From assembly GCA_963789265.1 (NCBI GenBank), contig CAWBKB010000007.1:256001-320000 (forward strand): a DNA stretch of 64,000 bases, read 5' to 3'. The notes under the pieces were generated by a model. It was given only the letters and a program-made list of their open reading frames with translations. It ran no database searches and was not told where the DNA came from. The position numbers were made by a program, and so were the translations under genes. Every line of letters begins with the position of its first letter. Position 1 is the stretch's first letter. This document shows, one piece after another, positions 48,751-59,241 of the stretch. The DNA comes from an uncultured delta proteobacterium. Lineage in GTDB: Bacteria > Desulfobacterota > Desulfomonilia > Desulfomonilales > Desulfomonilaceae.

Positions 48751-50751
48751 TCACACTTCCCGGCCGAGAGCAAATCCTGCGTCAATCGCTTCGCCGATCC
48801 TGGCCGGCTGCGCCGCGTCGCCTATAACCCGGACCTCCACTCCACTGTTTTCCAAGGCTGTTGCCAGAGAATTCACAGAGCGGGACCCCATCGCGAGCAC
48901 CACGGTGTCAGCGGAGAGTGCGATGTCTTGGCCGTCGGCATTGGTGTACACCACCTCCCCTGACCGAATGTATTTCATCGTCGCGCGGGTGATCAGCTCA
49001 ATCCCTCTCATATTTAGATTCTTCATGAGAACCCATCGCGTGGAAGGGCCGACATCCTGGCCCATGCGGGGGGCCATTTCGATGACGGTCACCCTTTTCA
49101 CGCCTTTCACCATGAGACCATACAGAACGTCGGGCTTTTCCGCCTGGTGGAGCGTGAGAAAATAGAGCTGAAACGGTGAAATGGTCCCCTGGGACGCTAG
49201 GAACGCCGCGGTCTCCAACCCAACCGATCCCCCGCCGACGATGACGACGTTGCGGCCCGTTTGGGCTCTTCCTTGAAGCACGTCCCACGCCTGAACGACA
49301 TGAGGCACGTTTACCGCGTCCACGGGGGGCTTAAAGGGCGCCGCTCCTGTGGCCACCACGACAAGGTCGGGGTCCTCTTGGAAAACGAGGTCGCGCGTGA
49401 CTTCGACCCCGGTGCGAACGTCCACTCCATGTTTGGACAACATAGCTTTGTAGTACGTGAACATGTTCATGAACTCAGGCTTGTGCGTGGGGCCCGCGGC
49501 CCATCGAACCTGCCCGCCGATCTCGGGTTCCTTATCGCATAAGATCACCCGGTGGCCGCGTTGAGCCGCGGTCCAAGCGAATTCACATCCGGCCGGGCCT
49601 GCTCCCGCGACGAGGATCGTTTTGGCGCGGTCGGTTCCGGTGATTTCGGTATCCTCCTCTCTTCCTGTTGTGGGATTCACCATGCATCCGACTGGACGAA
49701 ACGTGACCACACGATCGAAACATCTCTGATTGCAAGCAACGCAACGGCGGATTTCCGCGAATCTCCCCTCCCGAGCTTTCTTCACAAATTCGGGATCGGC
49801 GAGCAGTCCCCTGGCCACGCCAACGAGGTCTGCGATCCCTTCCCGGAGAACTCTCTCTGCGACAAACGGGTCGTTGATCCTGTTGCATGCTATCACCGGG
49901 ATAGCCACGTTTTCCTTAATTCCGCCCGCGAGGTACGCATAGCCCGCCTGCGGCACATCCATTGTTATCTGAGGCACCCGGCTTTCGTGCCACCCTCCCG
50001 TCACGTTAATGCAATCAGCACCTGCGTCCTGGCACACTTTAGCGAAGACGCGGGCCTCTTCGTTCGTGTGGCTCTCAGGGACAAAGTCATTCCCCGCGAC
50101 CCGCACGAGAAGGGCCATGCCGGGACCCACTTCTTTCCGGACCTTCTCCACAACCTCGCGGCCGAACCTCATACGATTTTCCAGCGGGCCTCCATACTCG
50201 TCACCCCGCTTGTTGGTCTTCGGCGAGAGGAATTGCGAAATTAGGTACCCGGCTGCAAGGACCTCCACCGCATCGAACCCGGCTTGTCTCGCACGTGTCC
50301 CGGCTCGCACAAAGTCGTCCTGGACACGCTCGATATCCGCCAGTGTCATGGCGGTGGTCTTGTGCCTGGAAAGAGCGCTGACGTATTCGGATGGAGCCAG
50401 CACCGGAATGCCCTTCGTGCCGCAGAATGAGTACGCGCCCGCCATGTAGAGTTGAACCGCAACTTTGCCTCCTTCTTCATGGATGGCCTGGGTAAGACGG
50501 TTCAATCCCGGGATGAATTTGTCGTCTTTGATTGAGAGGAAAGAATCAATGCCTGAAGCTTCGTCATCAATCTCCACACCCCCCACAATGATCAATCCGA
50601 CTCCTCCGCGGGCCCGGGCCCGGTAGAAACCAATGATCTTGTCGGTGACCTCCCCGTTAGGGGTGTAGTTCAGATGCATCCCGGTCATGACGACTCTGTT
50701 GGCAAGGGGCATCGGACCTAAGGATATGGGGTCAAAGAGTTTGGTAATCAC
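48751..50751 (-). CDS. fadH: 2,4-dienoyl-CoA reductase-like flavin/Fe-S oxidoreductase
   Basis: OYE barrel (GYLISQFLSP, YGGPLENRMRF, GGWHESRVP), CVACNQRC...C, GAGPAG, GGGSVG. Confidence 0.8.
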   Translation of the reverse strand: MITKLFDPISLGPMPLANRVVMTGMHLNYTPNGEVTDKIIGFYRARARGGVGLIIVGGVEIDDEASGIDSFLSIKDDKFIPGLNRLTQAIHEEGGKVAVQLYMAGAYSFCGTKGIPVLAPSEYVSALSRHKTTAMTLADIERVQDDFVRAGTRARQAGFDAVEVLAAGYLISQFLSPKTNKRGDEYGGPLENRMRFGREVVEKVRKEVGPGMALLVRVAGNDFVPESHTNEEARVFAKVCQDAGADCINVTGGWHESRVPQITMDVPQAGYAYLAGGIKENVAIPVIACNRINDPFVAERVLREGIADLVGVARGLLADPEFVKKAREGRFAEIRRCVACNQRCFDRVVTFRPVGCMVNPTTGREEDTEITGTDRAKTILVAGAGPAGCEFAWTAAQRGHRVILCDKEPEIGGQVRWAAGPTHKPEFMNMFTYYKAMLSKHGVDVRTGVEVTRDLVFQEDPDLVVVATGAAPFKPPVDAVNVPHVVQAWDVLQGRAQTGRNVVIVGGGSVGLETAAFLASQGTISPFQLYFLTLHQAEKPDVLYGLMVKGVKRVTVIEMAPRMGQDVGPSTRWVLMKNLNMRGIELITRATMKYIRSGEVVYTNADGQDIALSADTVVLAMGSRSVNSLATALENSGVEVRVIGDAAQPARIGEAIDAGFALGREV

Positions 50752-51175
50752 ATGAGCCTCATATTCATCTATGATCGGATCCTCCGCGGGGTCGAGACTG
50801 GAGCAGGAACCCCATAAACTCAAAGCGAGTGTCTTCCCGCTGTGCGTGGGTGATGAGAGGATCACGGTCCTGCCTCAGGCCCTCACCGGTCCATACCTCC
50901 GGTAACAGGCATGACTGCGCCGGTGAGGAATCGTGCGGCATCCGAAGCCAGGAAGGTGACTAGGGCGGCGACTTGCTCCACGCGGCCTGGGAGCCTGTCG
51001 CGCAGCGGCAGGCCCATGCTGCGCAGCGCTTAACCTAGCTTCACTTTGAGGAGGCATCGCAACTAGCCTCGCTGCGAATTCGCGTCGTTGCACCGTGCCG
51101 GAATGCGCGATGACCGCAGGATAGTGCAATGAGTGGCCCGATTCCCTATGCTTTTGGGGGTTGCGCGACCGGCTC

Positions 51176-52339
51176 TTAGAAGACTTGTGGGACTCCGTCT
51201 TCCAAGAGCTTCCGAGCGAGAAGCATTCTCTGAATCTCCGACGTTCCTTCGCCAATCCTCGAAGCCCTGGCCCTTCTGTAAATTCCTTCGATAGGACATT
51301 CCCTCATGTACCCCATACCTCCGTGGATCTGCAGGGCCTTGTCCGCTGCCCTGCAAAGCATCTCGGACGAAAACAATTTGACCATCCCCGATTCCCGGAT
51401 AATGTCCATGCTCTGATCGGCTTTCCATGCGGCGTGGTGCAGCATCAATCTGGCGGCATGGATCTCGACGGACATGTCTACAAGCATCCATTGGATGGCC
51501 TGATTTCGTGCAATCGGTTTCCCGAACTGGACCCGCTGCTTGGAATAATCAATGGCCAGCTGCAAGCACCTGTCTGCCATACCAATGAAAAAAGCGGCCA
51601 ATCGCAAGCGTCCTTCTCCAACTCGCTTGAGCGCCAGAAGAAACCCCTGTCCCACTGGACCGAGAACGTTGGTCTCCGGAACCCGGCAATCTTCAAAGAC
51701 CAACTCGCCGAGCCTGTCGTCTCCGCCCATGTGTTGGTGCACCCGGCCCAGAGAGAAGCCGGGGGTACCCTTGTCAACGAGAAAGCAAGTGATCCCTCTG
51801 TTAGCCTTGTCCGTCACTGCAAAGACGATGGCAAAATCTGCATACGGCGCGTTGGAAATGAAATGTTTTCGTCCATTGATGACATAATCGGAGCCCTCTC
51901 TGACAGCTCTGGTTTCTATAGACGCGGCGTCTGAACCGGCATTTGGCTCGGTCAGGGCAAAACACGACAATTTATCGGCTCTGATGGCCGGAAGGAGGTA
52001 CTTGTCCCGTTGTTCGTCGTTGCATTCCAGAAGAATGTGCGACATGGCCCCTGATTCTCCTAATATCGAGTCCGCGAGTTCCACGCCGGATCGACCAATC
52101 TCTTCTCTCAAGAGAGACATCCCCAGGTTGCTCAGACCTCCGCCGCCGAATTCTTCCGGAAAATCCCCAGCGTAAAAACCCACTTCTCTTGACCGGCGTC
52201 GTACGTGTCTTCGAACTTCTTCAGGGATAAACCCTTCAGCAGTCCGGTAGGATTCTTCCAGAGGCTTTACTTCCTTTGCTATGAACTTCTGGAGACTGGC
52301 GGTCAATGCTCTCAATTCATAGGGTATGGTGAAGTCCAT
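51176..52339 (-). CDS. Acyl-CoA dehydrogenase
   Basis: FALTEPNAGSD, NGRKHFISNA, RVQFGKPI, QIHGGMGY, IGEGTSEIQR. Confidence 0.9.
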   Translation of the reverse strand: MDFTIPYELRALTASLQKFIAKEVKPLEESYRTAEGFIPEEVRRHVRRRSREVGFYAGDFPEEFGGGGLSNLGMSLLREEIGRSGVELADSILGESGAMSHILLECNDEQRDKYLLPAIRADKLSCFALTEPNAGSDAASIETRAVREGSDYVINGRKHFISNAPYADFAIVFAVTDKANRGITCFLVDKGTPGFSLGRVHQHMGGDDRLGELVFEDCRVPETNVLGPVGQGFLLALKRVGEGRLRLAAFFIGMADRCLQLAIDYSKQRVQFGKPIARNQAIQWMLVDMSVEIHAARLMLHHAAWKADQSMDIIRESGMVKLFSSEMLCRAADKALQIHGGMGYMRECPIEGIYRRARASRIGEGTSEIQRMLLARKLLEDGVPQVF

Positions 52340-52454
52340 CGCGCACTTCCTTTCCGTGACCGCCTTGGCCTTATTGTCTGGATTAGCAACCGGCACCGTG
52401 GAGTGGTTACACGCTGCAGCCAGCACACCGATCGCGAATTGTCGTCAAAGCTTC

Positions 52455-53321
52455 TTACTCGCGAAACACCGCCGCTCTGGCTTCGCTGGTATTTGCTATG
52501 TCGCGGCCGGTTTCTCTCACGATTTTCACCAACGCGTCCACGAGTTGACCGTTATTGACGGCCTTGTTGCCATCAGGCAGGTAGAAGGTGTCTTCCAGTC
52601 CGGTCCGCAAGTTTCCTCCCAACTCCGAAGTCCTTCTGTGAAGATCCCACACCTCCTCTCGGCCAACAGCAATGGTTTGCCAATGTGTTCCAGGCTTCAT
52701 TTCCTCAATCAACAGAGGCAGCCACGACGGTTTCGCCGGCATTCCGCTGGGGACCCCCATGACGAGAGATATGTGAACAGGAGGAGTGAGCAGTCCGTTT
52801 TCTTGAAACAGCCCGACGCTCCTAACGATGCCGCCATCGAAGCACTCACACTCCGGAACGATGGAGTTCTTCTTCATTGCGTCGAGAAAACTCTGTATCT
52901 TTTCAACGGGATTGTCGAAGAGCAGCGGCGGCCAGGCCCATTCCCCATTCCTTCTTGTTTTTAGGTAGTTGAGCGATCCGCTGTTCAGTGCGGCCGTCTC
53001 GGGCTTTGCGCTGTCAAGGCAGGCAAGGGGGCCACTTATGTCACTCCCCACTGTTCCTGTCGAACAATTGACAATGATTTCCGGAACGCGCTGACGTATT
53101 GCTGAAACGATCTCTTTTGCCACAGTTGCATCCCATGTTGGCAGGTGGCCGAAGCCGGGCCTTTGATCCCTGAAGTGACAATGAACGATAGTAGCCCCCG
53201 CGTTGAATGCCTGTTCCGCTGCGAGCGCCATTTCTTCAGGAGTGACGGGCACCGCGTGCTGCTGGGGATTTGTGAGCACTCCTGTCAGCGCACAGGTGAT
53301 AATCGCCTTGTCTTGATTCAT
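52455..53321 (-). CDS. Beta-keto acid cleavage enzyme (Kce/DUF849)
   Basis: IITCALTG, PVTPEE, HCHFRD, PECECFD, RTGLED. Confidence 0.88.
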   Translation of the reverse strand: MNQDKAIITCALTGVLTNPQQHAVPVTPEEMALAAEQAFNAGATIVHCHFRDQRPGFGHLPTWDATVAKEIVSAIRQRVPEIIVNCSTGTVGSDISGPLACLDSAKPETAALNSGSLNYLKTRRNGEWAWPPLLFDNPVEKIQSFLDAMKKNSIVPECECFDGGIVRSVGLFQENGLLTPPVHISLVMGVPSGMPAKPSWLPLLIEEMKPGTHWQTIAVGREEVWDLHRRTSELGGNLRTGLEDTFYLPDGNKAVNNGQLVDALVKIVRETGRDIANTSEARAAVFRE

Positions 53322-53406
53322 GCTACCTCCACGAGTCTGTAGTATCTGCAGATAACCGCGAGACCGACCGCTCTCGCGTTTCCGATAATCACGCAGCCAG
53401 TTGCAT

Positions 53407-54184
53407 TCATCTGCCTTTCCATATTGGTTGCCTCTTTTCCAAAAACGCTTTCATCCCCTCTACGGCATCTTCGGTACCAGCCACCTCAATGAACATGTGG
53501 CTCAGATAGTCGAGTGCTCCTTCGAAATCCTTTTCCAATGAAGCGTAATAGGCTTGTCGCCCGATACGGATCGCTGCGGGACTCTTGGAACAAAGCATGG
53601 CCAAGACATGGTCTACCTCATCGTCCAACACGTCTGCCTCGACGACCTTCGTCACCATACCTAGTTCCTTCGCCTCTCTCGCCGTAATCTTTTCTCCTGA
53701 ATAGGCAAGGTACCAAGCTTGTTTCCTTGGAACGTGCCTGAAAAGGAGCGCACCGACCAGCATGGGCCATATACCGACATTTATTTCCGGTGCTGAGAAA
53801 CTTCACACTATTTTTCGCGATTACAATGTCACAAGAGAGCATCAGCCCGAGCCCTCCAGCCATACAATCTCCAGCGACCCTGGCCACGAGGGGTTTCCCT
53901 ATTTTCCCCATTTTTGCCAGGAGCTGGGCGTAAGCTGCAACCCCCTGCAGTTTACCCTCATCCTTTGCCCCGGACATCATGCCCAGATCTGCGCCGGCAC
54001 AGAAGACTCTGTCTCCCGCGCCGGTGATGCATAGTGCGCGCGCGTTGTCATCGTTGTCTGCGTCATCGAGGTAATCAGACAAGGCATGCACGATGTCGAG
54101 GCTGAGAGCATTCCTCTTTTCCGGGCGATCGATCGTTATGTACCCGACATGATTCCTGACCTCATACAATAACTCGTCACTCAA
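53407..54184 (-). pseudogene. Enoyl-CoA hydratase/isomerase split by a +1 frameshift (probably a sequencing error)
   Basis: RPEKRNAL, FCAGADL, AGGLGL. Removing one base at 53798-53800 restores FSAPEINVGIWPM and joins ORF 53407..53763 (EGMKAFLEKRQPIW). Confidence 0.85.
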
Positions 54185-54235
54185 TGCCGTCCCTCCTTGG
54201 TTTGGGTTTCGTTGCTTGTGGAGAATTCTATGCGT

Positions 54236-55798
54236 CTAAACCTTTCTGTCTCTTCCCTGCCAGTAATTCTCCCGCAGATCCTTCTTCAGCGCCTTGCCGC
54301 TCAGTGTGCGGGGAATCGCATCAAGTACCACTACCTTCTTGGGCTTCTTGTATCCGGCAATCCTGTCGCCTACGAACGCGATGATTTCCTGATCGGTTGC
54401 GCTCCAGCCGTTCTTGAAGACAATGAAGGCACATACCGCTTCACCCCAGACGTCATCAGGAATGCCGATTACGGCACAATCCGAGATAGCTGGGTGTTCG
54501 GAAAGAACCTTCTCGATCTCGAACGGATAGATATTGAATCCCCCGCTAATGATCATGTCCTTCTTTCGATCCTTGATGAAGATATAACCTTCATCATCGA
54601 CAGTGCATAAATCGCCGGTGTAAAACCTGCCACCTCTTAACGCCTCGTTTGTCTCCTCAGGCATGTTCCAGTAGCCCTTCATGACCATTGGACTCTTCAC
54701 GGTCAACTCTCCGATTTCACCTGGCTTAACTTCATCTCCGTTTTGGTCCAAGACCTTGACATCGACTCCCAAGGCCGGTTTACCGCATGACGCAAGCCGC
54801 TTGACTCTCTTGGGAGACCCGTCGAGAATATGGTCCTCAATATAGAGATGCGTGAGCAGGCCTGCCTCCGAAGCGCCGTAATCTTGCAAGAAAATAGGCC
54901 CGAAGTGCTCTATTCCAGCTTTTAACAATTCCGGAGGCATGGGCGCCCCGCCGTAGGTAAGACACTTCAGGCTACTGAGGTCGTATTTTCCAAAATCCGG
55001 AGAGTTGAGTAAGAAGTTCAAAATCACCGGCACAATGTGGCAGTCGGTTATCATGTGCTCTTCAATTAACTTCATCATCCCTGCCGCATTGAATTTTTCC
55101 ATAAGGACGGTAATGGCGCCTATCCACTGATATATTAAGTCGAATGCCATCCCAGCGAATGAATACAGAGGAAGGAAATGCAACGCTCGCGAGCCTGATG
55201 CCAACATACCCGTGTGCGGCTGATTTTTGGTGAAGGTCTCAATTATTGCGCCGGCCGTACCCTGAGTCTGTATGGCCCCTTTCGGAGGCCCCGTAGTTCC
55301 GCTGGTGTACTGAAGCCAAAGCTCATCATCTTCGGCCAATGCCACTGTTCGATCATGCTTAGGATACTTCGTTAGCACGGCTTCCAGGTGAGTGAAGCCC
55401 TCCACTCCCGCATCGATACTGAAGAAGTGGCGCACCGATGCCAAATGTTCCCTGATTTCACTGATCGCGGAGGCAAAAGCCTCGGAAATGACTAAAATAG
55501 CCGCTCCGGAATCGTTGAGGATACGCAAAATCTCTCGCGGTTTCAGCCTGCCATTCACAGGAACGAGGACAAATCCGCCTTTTCCGCAAGCCCAGAAGAT
55601 TTCTCTGTAGTAATGGCAGTTGCGACTGAGGAGTGCGATCCGATCGCCTTTGGTCAAGCCGCGGTCATGCAGCGCGGCAACGATTGAATTGGAAGCTTCG
55701 TCGATTTCCCCAAAGGTAAATCGGTCGTCACGGCAAATGAGTGCAATTTTGTCTGCGAATCTGTCAACTACCTGCAAGATCTGGTCTCTGTAAAGCAT
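54236..55798 (-). CDS. Long-chain acyl-CoA synthetase (AMP-binding)
   Basis: YTSGTTGPPKG, YGASE, YTGD, DRKKDMIISGGFNIYP, GKALK. Confidence 0.9.
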   Translation of the reverse strand: MLYRDQILQVVDRFADKIALICRDDRFTFGEIDEASNSIVAALHDRGLTKGDRIALLSRNCHYYREIFWACGKGGFVLVPVNGRLKPREILRILNDSGAAILVISEAFASAISEIREHLASVRHFFSIDAGVEGFTHLEAVLTKYPKHDRTVALAEDDELWLQYTSGTTGPPKGAIQTQGTAGAIIETFTKNQPHTGMLASGSRALHFLPLYSFAGMAFDLIYQWIGAITVLMEKFNAAGMMKLIEEHMITDCHIVPVILNFLLNSPDFGKYDLSSLKCLTYGGAPMPPELLKAGIEHFGPIFLQDYGASEAGLLTHLYIEDHILDGSPKRVKRLASCGKPALGVDVKVLDQNGDEVKPGEIGELTVKSPMVMKGYWNMPEETNEALRGGRFYTGDLCTVDDEGYIFIKDRKKDMIISGGFNIYPFEIEKVLSEHPAISDCAVIGIPDDVWGEAVCAFIVFKNGWSATDQEIIAFVGDRIAGYKKPKKVVVLDAIPRTLSGKALKKDLRENYWQGRDRKV

Positions 55799-55951
55799 CG
55801 GTCACTTCCTTACTTTTCGGGAAAAACCCCGCGTCTATGAACAGGCGCACCTCGACTGTCTTTCAGCCCTCCGGTGCAGAGCAGGAAGTATGCCCGAGCT
55901 TGTTTGCGAGATTTTGACAGCGCTAGGCGCCGCTCTGTCAGAGTGCCAGCG

Positions 55952-56638
55952 CTATCGGCGTGAACCAGACGGGACCATCGAGCGAATGTGATGCTGCCCT
56001 CGCGACACATTAATCGTGACAAGTTCCCTCACGAGATCGGCATCGTTCGCCTTCAAAGCTTCGAGTATCTTCCAGTGGTCTTCGTTGAACGGTGCGGCGT
56101 CTCCGGTCCACCATTCAGAGGACTGGCTCCAGAAGACGAGCGTTTGATCGACCAACTGCCCGATAATGCGCAAGGCTGATTTCCAGCCCGAAGCCTCGTA
56201 CAGCGCCAAATGGAACTCACGGTTTCTCAACATGCAATCCAGAGGGGAATCGGTTGCTGCTTCCATGGCAAGAATCAATGATTCCAGCCGCTCAATGCGG
56301 GCCGGAGTCATATTCTTGGCAGCGAGGTAAGCGGCTTTTCCTTCGAGCGCGCAGCGAGCCTCATACAGGCCGTCCATCTCTTCCGGCTCGGGCGGCTCCG
56401 CAACGATCACGCCCTTATTGGGAGTAGAGACGACCATTGCCGAACCGGCCAGTTCTCGCAATGCCTCCCGGATAGCCACCCTCCCCAATCCGAGCTCGGC
56501 TTCGAGTTTTGTGGGGATCAAGCGGGTGCCGGAGCGGTACTGCCCAGAGAGAACTCTTTCCCGAATGAGCCGGGTGGCCATTTCGGTCATAGTCAGGTAT
56601 TTGGGGACTTCATCTTCTTTGAGGATAGGGTAAGGCAC
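55952..56638 (-). CDS. GntR/FCD family regulator
   Basis: wHTH (LGLGRVAIREAL..L, PNKG), NREFHLALY, EDH. Confidence 0.88.
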   Translation of the reverse strand: MPYPILKEDEVPKYLTMTEMATRLIRERVLSGQYRSGTRLIPTKLEAELGLGRVAIREALRELAGSAMVVSTPNKGVIVAEPPEPEEMDGLYEARCALEGKAAYLAAKNMTPARIERLESLILAMEAATDSPLDCMLRNREFHLALYEASGWKSALRIIGQLVDQTLVFWSQSSEWWTGDAAPFNEDHWKILEALKANDADLVRELVTINVSRGQHHIRSMVPSGSRR

Positions 56639-56655
56639 GGATCGGCCCTGTCTTT

Positions 56656-56692
56656 GTATTTTGTATTTTGGATTTTATAAAATATAAAATAC
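56656..56692. promoter_or_regulatory. Candidate GntR autoregulatory operator
   Basis: GTATTTTGTATTTTGGATTTTATAAAATATAAAATAC: ATTTT repeats mirrored by AAAAT just upstream of the gntR start. Confidence 0.5.
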
Positions 56693-57436
56693 CGGGATTT
56701 CCGTGTCAAGCTTTTTTTTCACCCGCGGGCCGGCAGGAGCATCGGGGGTGAGGAGGGCCTTCGGCGCCGAGTCAGGCTGTTTGACCACGCGGCGCGTGCA
56801 AACGCGGAACATGGGAAGAGCTCGCGGCTGGGTCTCCGGGTACCGGAGCTGTCAAACGACGTCGCATCCCGCGACGCGCAGCCGGTCCTCACTCCTGCCG
56901 CGGACTGGACCCCATTCGGAAGTGCACTGGCAGGTGATATCGATTCGCCTTCGAACGTGTAACATCGGAGAGCTGGACATCACCTGAGCGAAGTGATTAC
57001 GCGCTTGGCGTCGTCCTGAGCGAAGAGGGCCCCCGGTTATCCTAATTTGTACGATTATTGGGAGGCGTGCTTCCAGGATCGACATGGGGATCAGCAGATC
57101 CTAGAGGGATCGGATTACCATGGATCCAGCGGAATGGTGTTTACAATGCTAAGAAAAGCCGGAATATGGTTCAGTTTTTATCTGTGGGACAACGATACCG
57201 CTGTATGTCACAGCTTGCTGGGCTTTTACGAAAATTGGCCGGAGGTTAGCGTCTGTAGGGGAGATGGATATGAAGGGGTCCGTATGATCCCGAATCCAAC
57301 GCTGGCCTTGATCGATCCTATTTCGATCAAAGGCGAACAAGAGAGAACCCGAATTCTGAACACACTGTATCATCTTGGTAGCAAGAGAAAAGGGGTCACC
57401 CATTAAAAGGCCCTCTGTCAAGGGAAAAGACTGTCC

Positions 57437-59031
57437 GTAACCATTCACTTACGCGCGGCACGGGCAAGGCAGACCAATTCATTGGGTCCTGAAGCTCCCG
57501 TGAATAATCATTGAAGCTGCGCCTTGAGAGGGTCGAATCAAGGGGGATTGGATCGGGAAAACAAGACCGCAGAGGGATCTGCTTTCGGATTGCGGGCCAG
57601 GAGGTCGAGAGCTTCCCTGATTCGGCCCGCCACGTCTGCGCCTCTTTTATGGATGGTAGCCGCGACGGTGGCCAAGGTGCTTCTCACCTTGGCTCTCGCA
57701 TCGGTGACCGAGCCAAAGCTGACCTTCCGGGCAATCACCGATGGCCTCAGGTCTCTTTCGGCCAAGTTATTGTCCGCTGGTACCGCACGATGGTCCACCC
57801 AATGAAAGAGACGATGCTCATTTTCCCGGAATATGTCCTGGATGCGGCGAATCCCCTGGTGCCGTGCGGGCTGTGCCATAGTGGTCTTGATCTCGTCACG
57901 CAGTGCAGCCGCCCGGCGATAGAACTCATCATCAGAAATCGGTTGTGTACCAAGTCTCATGGCCAATGACAATTGGGGAGCCGCGACGGCTACAAAGGTC
58001 GATACTTCTTTGTTATCTGGGAACTCCTTCTCCAAATCTTCCACTTTCCGCAACAGATGAGCAAAACAGTACCTGAATCCGGCACGGCGCTTTGTTGTAG
58101 CCCGCATAGCGGTCGACAACGAGAGTCCCCGGGATGAAATGCTTGCCGAAGATTGCTTGGGGAACCTTGGACGAGCGGTTCTTTCCGAACCGAAAAATGC
58201 TTAGATCCGGAGTCGCAAATAGCCACACGTACCCATTCTTCCCGTCAGTCCGCCAACCCGTCTTGTCTGCATGCTTTACCGGAGCCTGTCGATACTCCTC
58301 GATCAGTCTGTCGGTTACCCCTTCAAAGAGATCGGCGCTCTTCCGAAAGAGTTTCGCAAGGCTGCCGGGCCCAATGTCCAGATACTCACAGACCCTCCCC
58401 ATTGGCATACCGTGGAGGTAGTGCATTTCCACCGCATCTGCGATGAATTGGTTACCGTAAAGGCTCTTAGGAAGCACTCCGGGGAGCTGAGGAGTGACAT
58501 TGCGACGGCAATGAGGACAATACCGTTTGGCTACCCGAAACGTGATCTTTTCCGCCTTGTGCCGAGGAGTATCTATCACGCTGCGCTCCGCCCACCCCTT
58601 CTTCTCCAAAGGAGCCCCGCACTCCAGACACAGCTCGCTGTCGGTATCCACATCCACCGTACGGTCGGCGCTGCCATTGTCATGGCTCTTGCGACCAACC
58701 CCTTTGTGACCCCCCGGCCTGGCACCTTTGGGCTTGCGCTCCTTCGCCTCCGTGCTAGGTTTGATCGGCCGCTTGGACGACGGGGTGGACGATCCGAAGA
58801 AGCCGTCTTGCTCTCTCCGCGCGTGATAGCGTAGCTTGGCCCGAAGCTGCTCGATCTCCTCTTTCAGCTCATCAATAAGACGCTGCTTCTGAAGGCAAAA
58901 TGCGCAGCCGTTGACCGCCATGGCGCACATCCTCGATCAATAATTGGCGCCATCTCTATACAACCTTCCCGATCCGAACGCGAGAAAAATCCCTCCCGCT
59001 ATCCTTCTCCCCCACAAGAGTGAATCCTTAC
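57437..59031 (-). mobile_element. IS66-family insertion sequence (single-ORF, ISBst12-like)
   Basis: Ends GTAAGGATTCAC / GTAACCATTCAC enclosing an IS66 transposase. Confidence 0.75.
57538..58930 (-). pseudogene. IS66 transposase, +1 frameshift near 58072
   Basis: SSTPSS, GARPGGHKG, Zn ribbon, ADKTGW, VDRYAGY, YCFAHLLR, NNLAERDLRPSV..RKVSFG; extra G in CAG G TAC. Confidence 0.85.
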
Positions 59032-59241
59032 CTACGGAGAAGTTTTTTCCTTGACAGAGGGCCTTTTAATGGGTGCCCCCCCCCAGCCGCTATTCCAAAC
59101 CTTGGATATTCTGAGGGCGTACGTCCTTTCTTCGAACAATTCCGCAACGATTTGGCTCGGTTTCATGATCGGTTAGTGCAATCGGATTGACTCCCGGAGC
59201 GTGCCGTAGCCCGGTTTGAGAGGTCCGTGCCCTGAGTTTGG

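Larger units (their letters stand above)
57392..59079. repeat. Outer inverted repeats flanking the IS66 element
   Basis: GGGGTCACCCATTAAAAGGCCCTCTGTCAAGG at 57392 and the inverse CCTTGACAGAGGGCCTTTTAATGGGTGCCCC ending at about 59079. Confidence 0.8.

Noticed and set aside
56700..57391. Short ORFs between gntR and the IS element
   Set aside because: No recognisable motifs or RBS; possibly a remnant truncated by the IS, but unsupported.
57392..57430. Outer IR as a Tn3-family end because it starts GGGG
   Set aside because: It lacks the Tn3 inner consensus (ACGnTAAG) and a 5-bp target duplication, so it is left unassigned.
3577..58073. Four +1 frameshifts (capD-like 3577-3579, kinase about 8051, enoyl-CoA hydratase 53798-53800, IS66 transposase about 58072) as programmed frameshifting or phase variation
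   Set aside because: Each adds one base to a short homopolymer, with no slippery heptamer and no other obvious decay in the host genes. Sequencing or assembly error is the simplest explanation; read pile-ups would decide.
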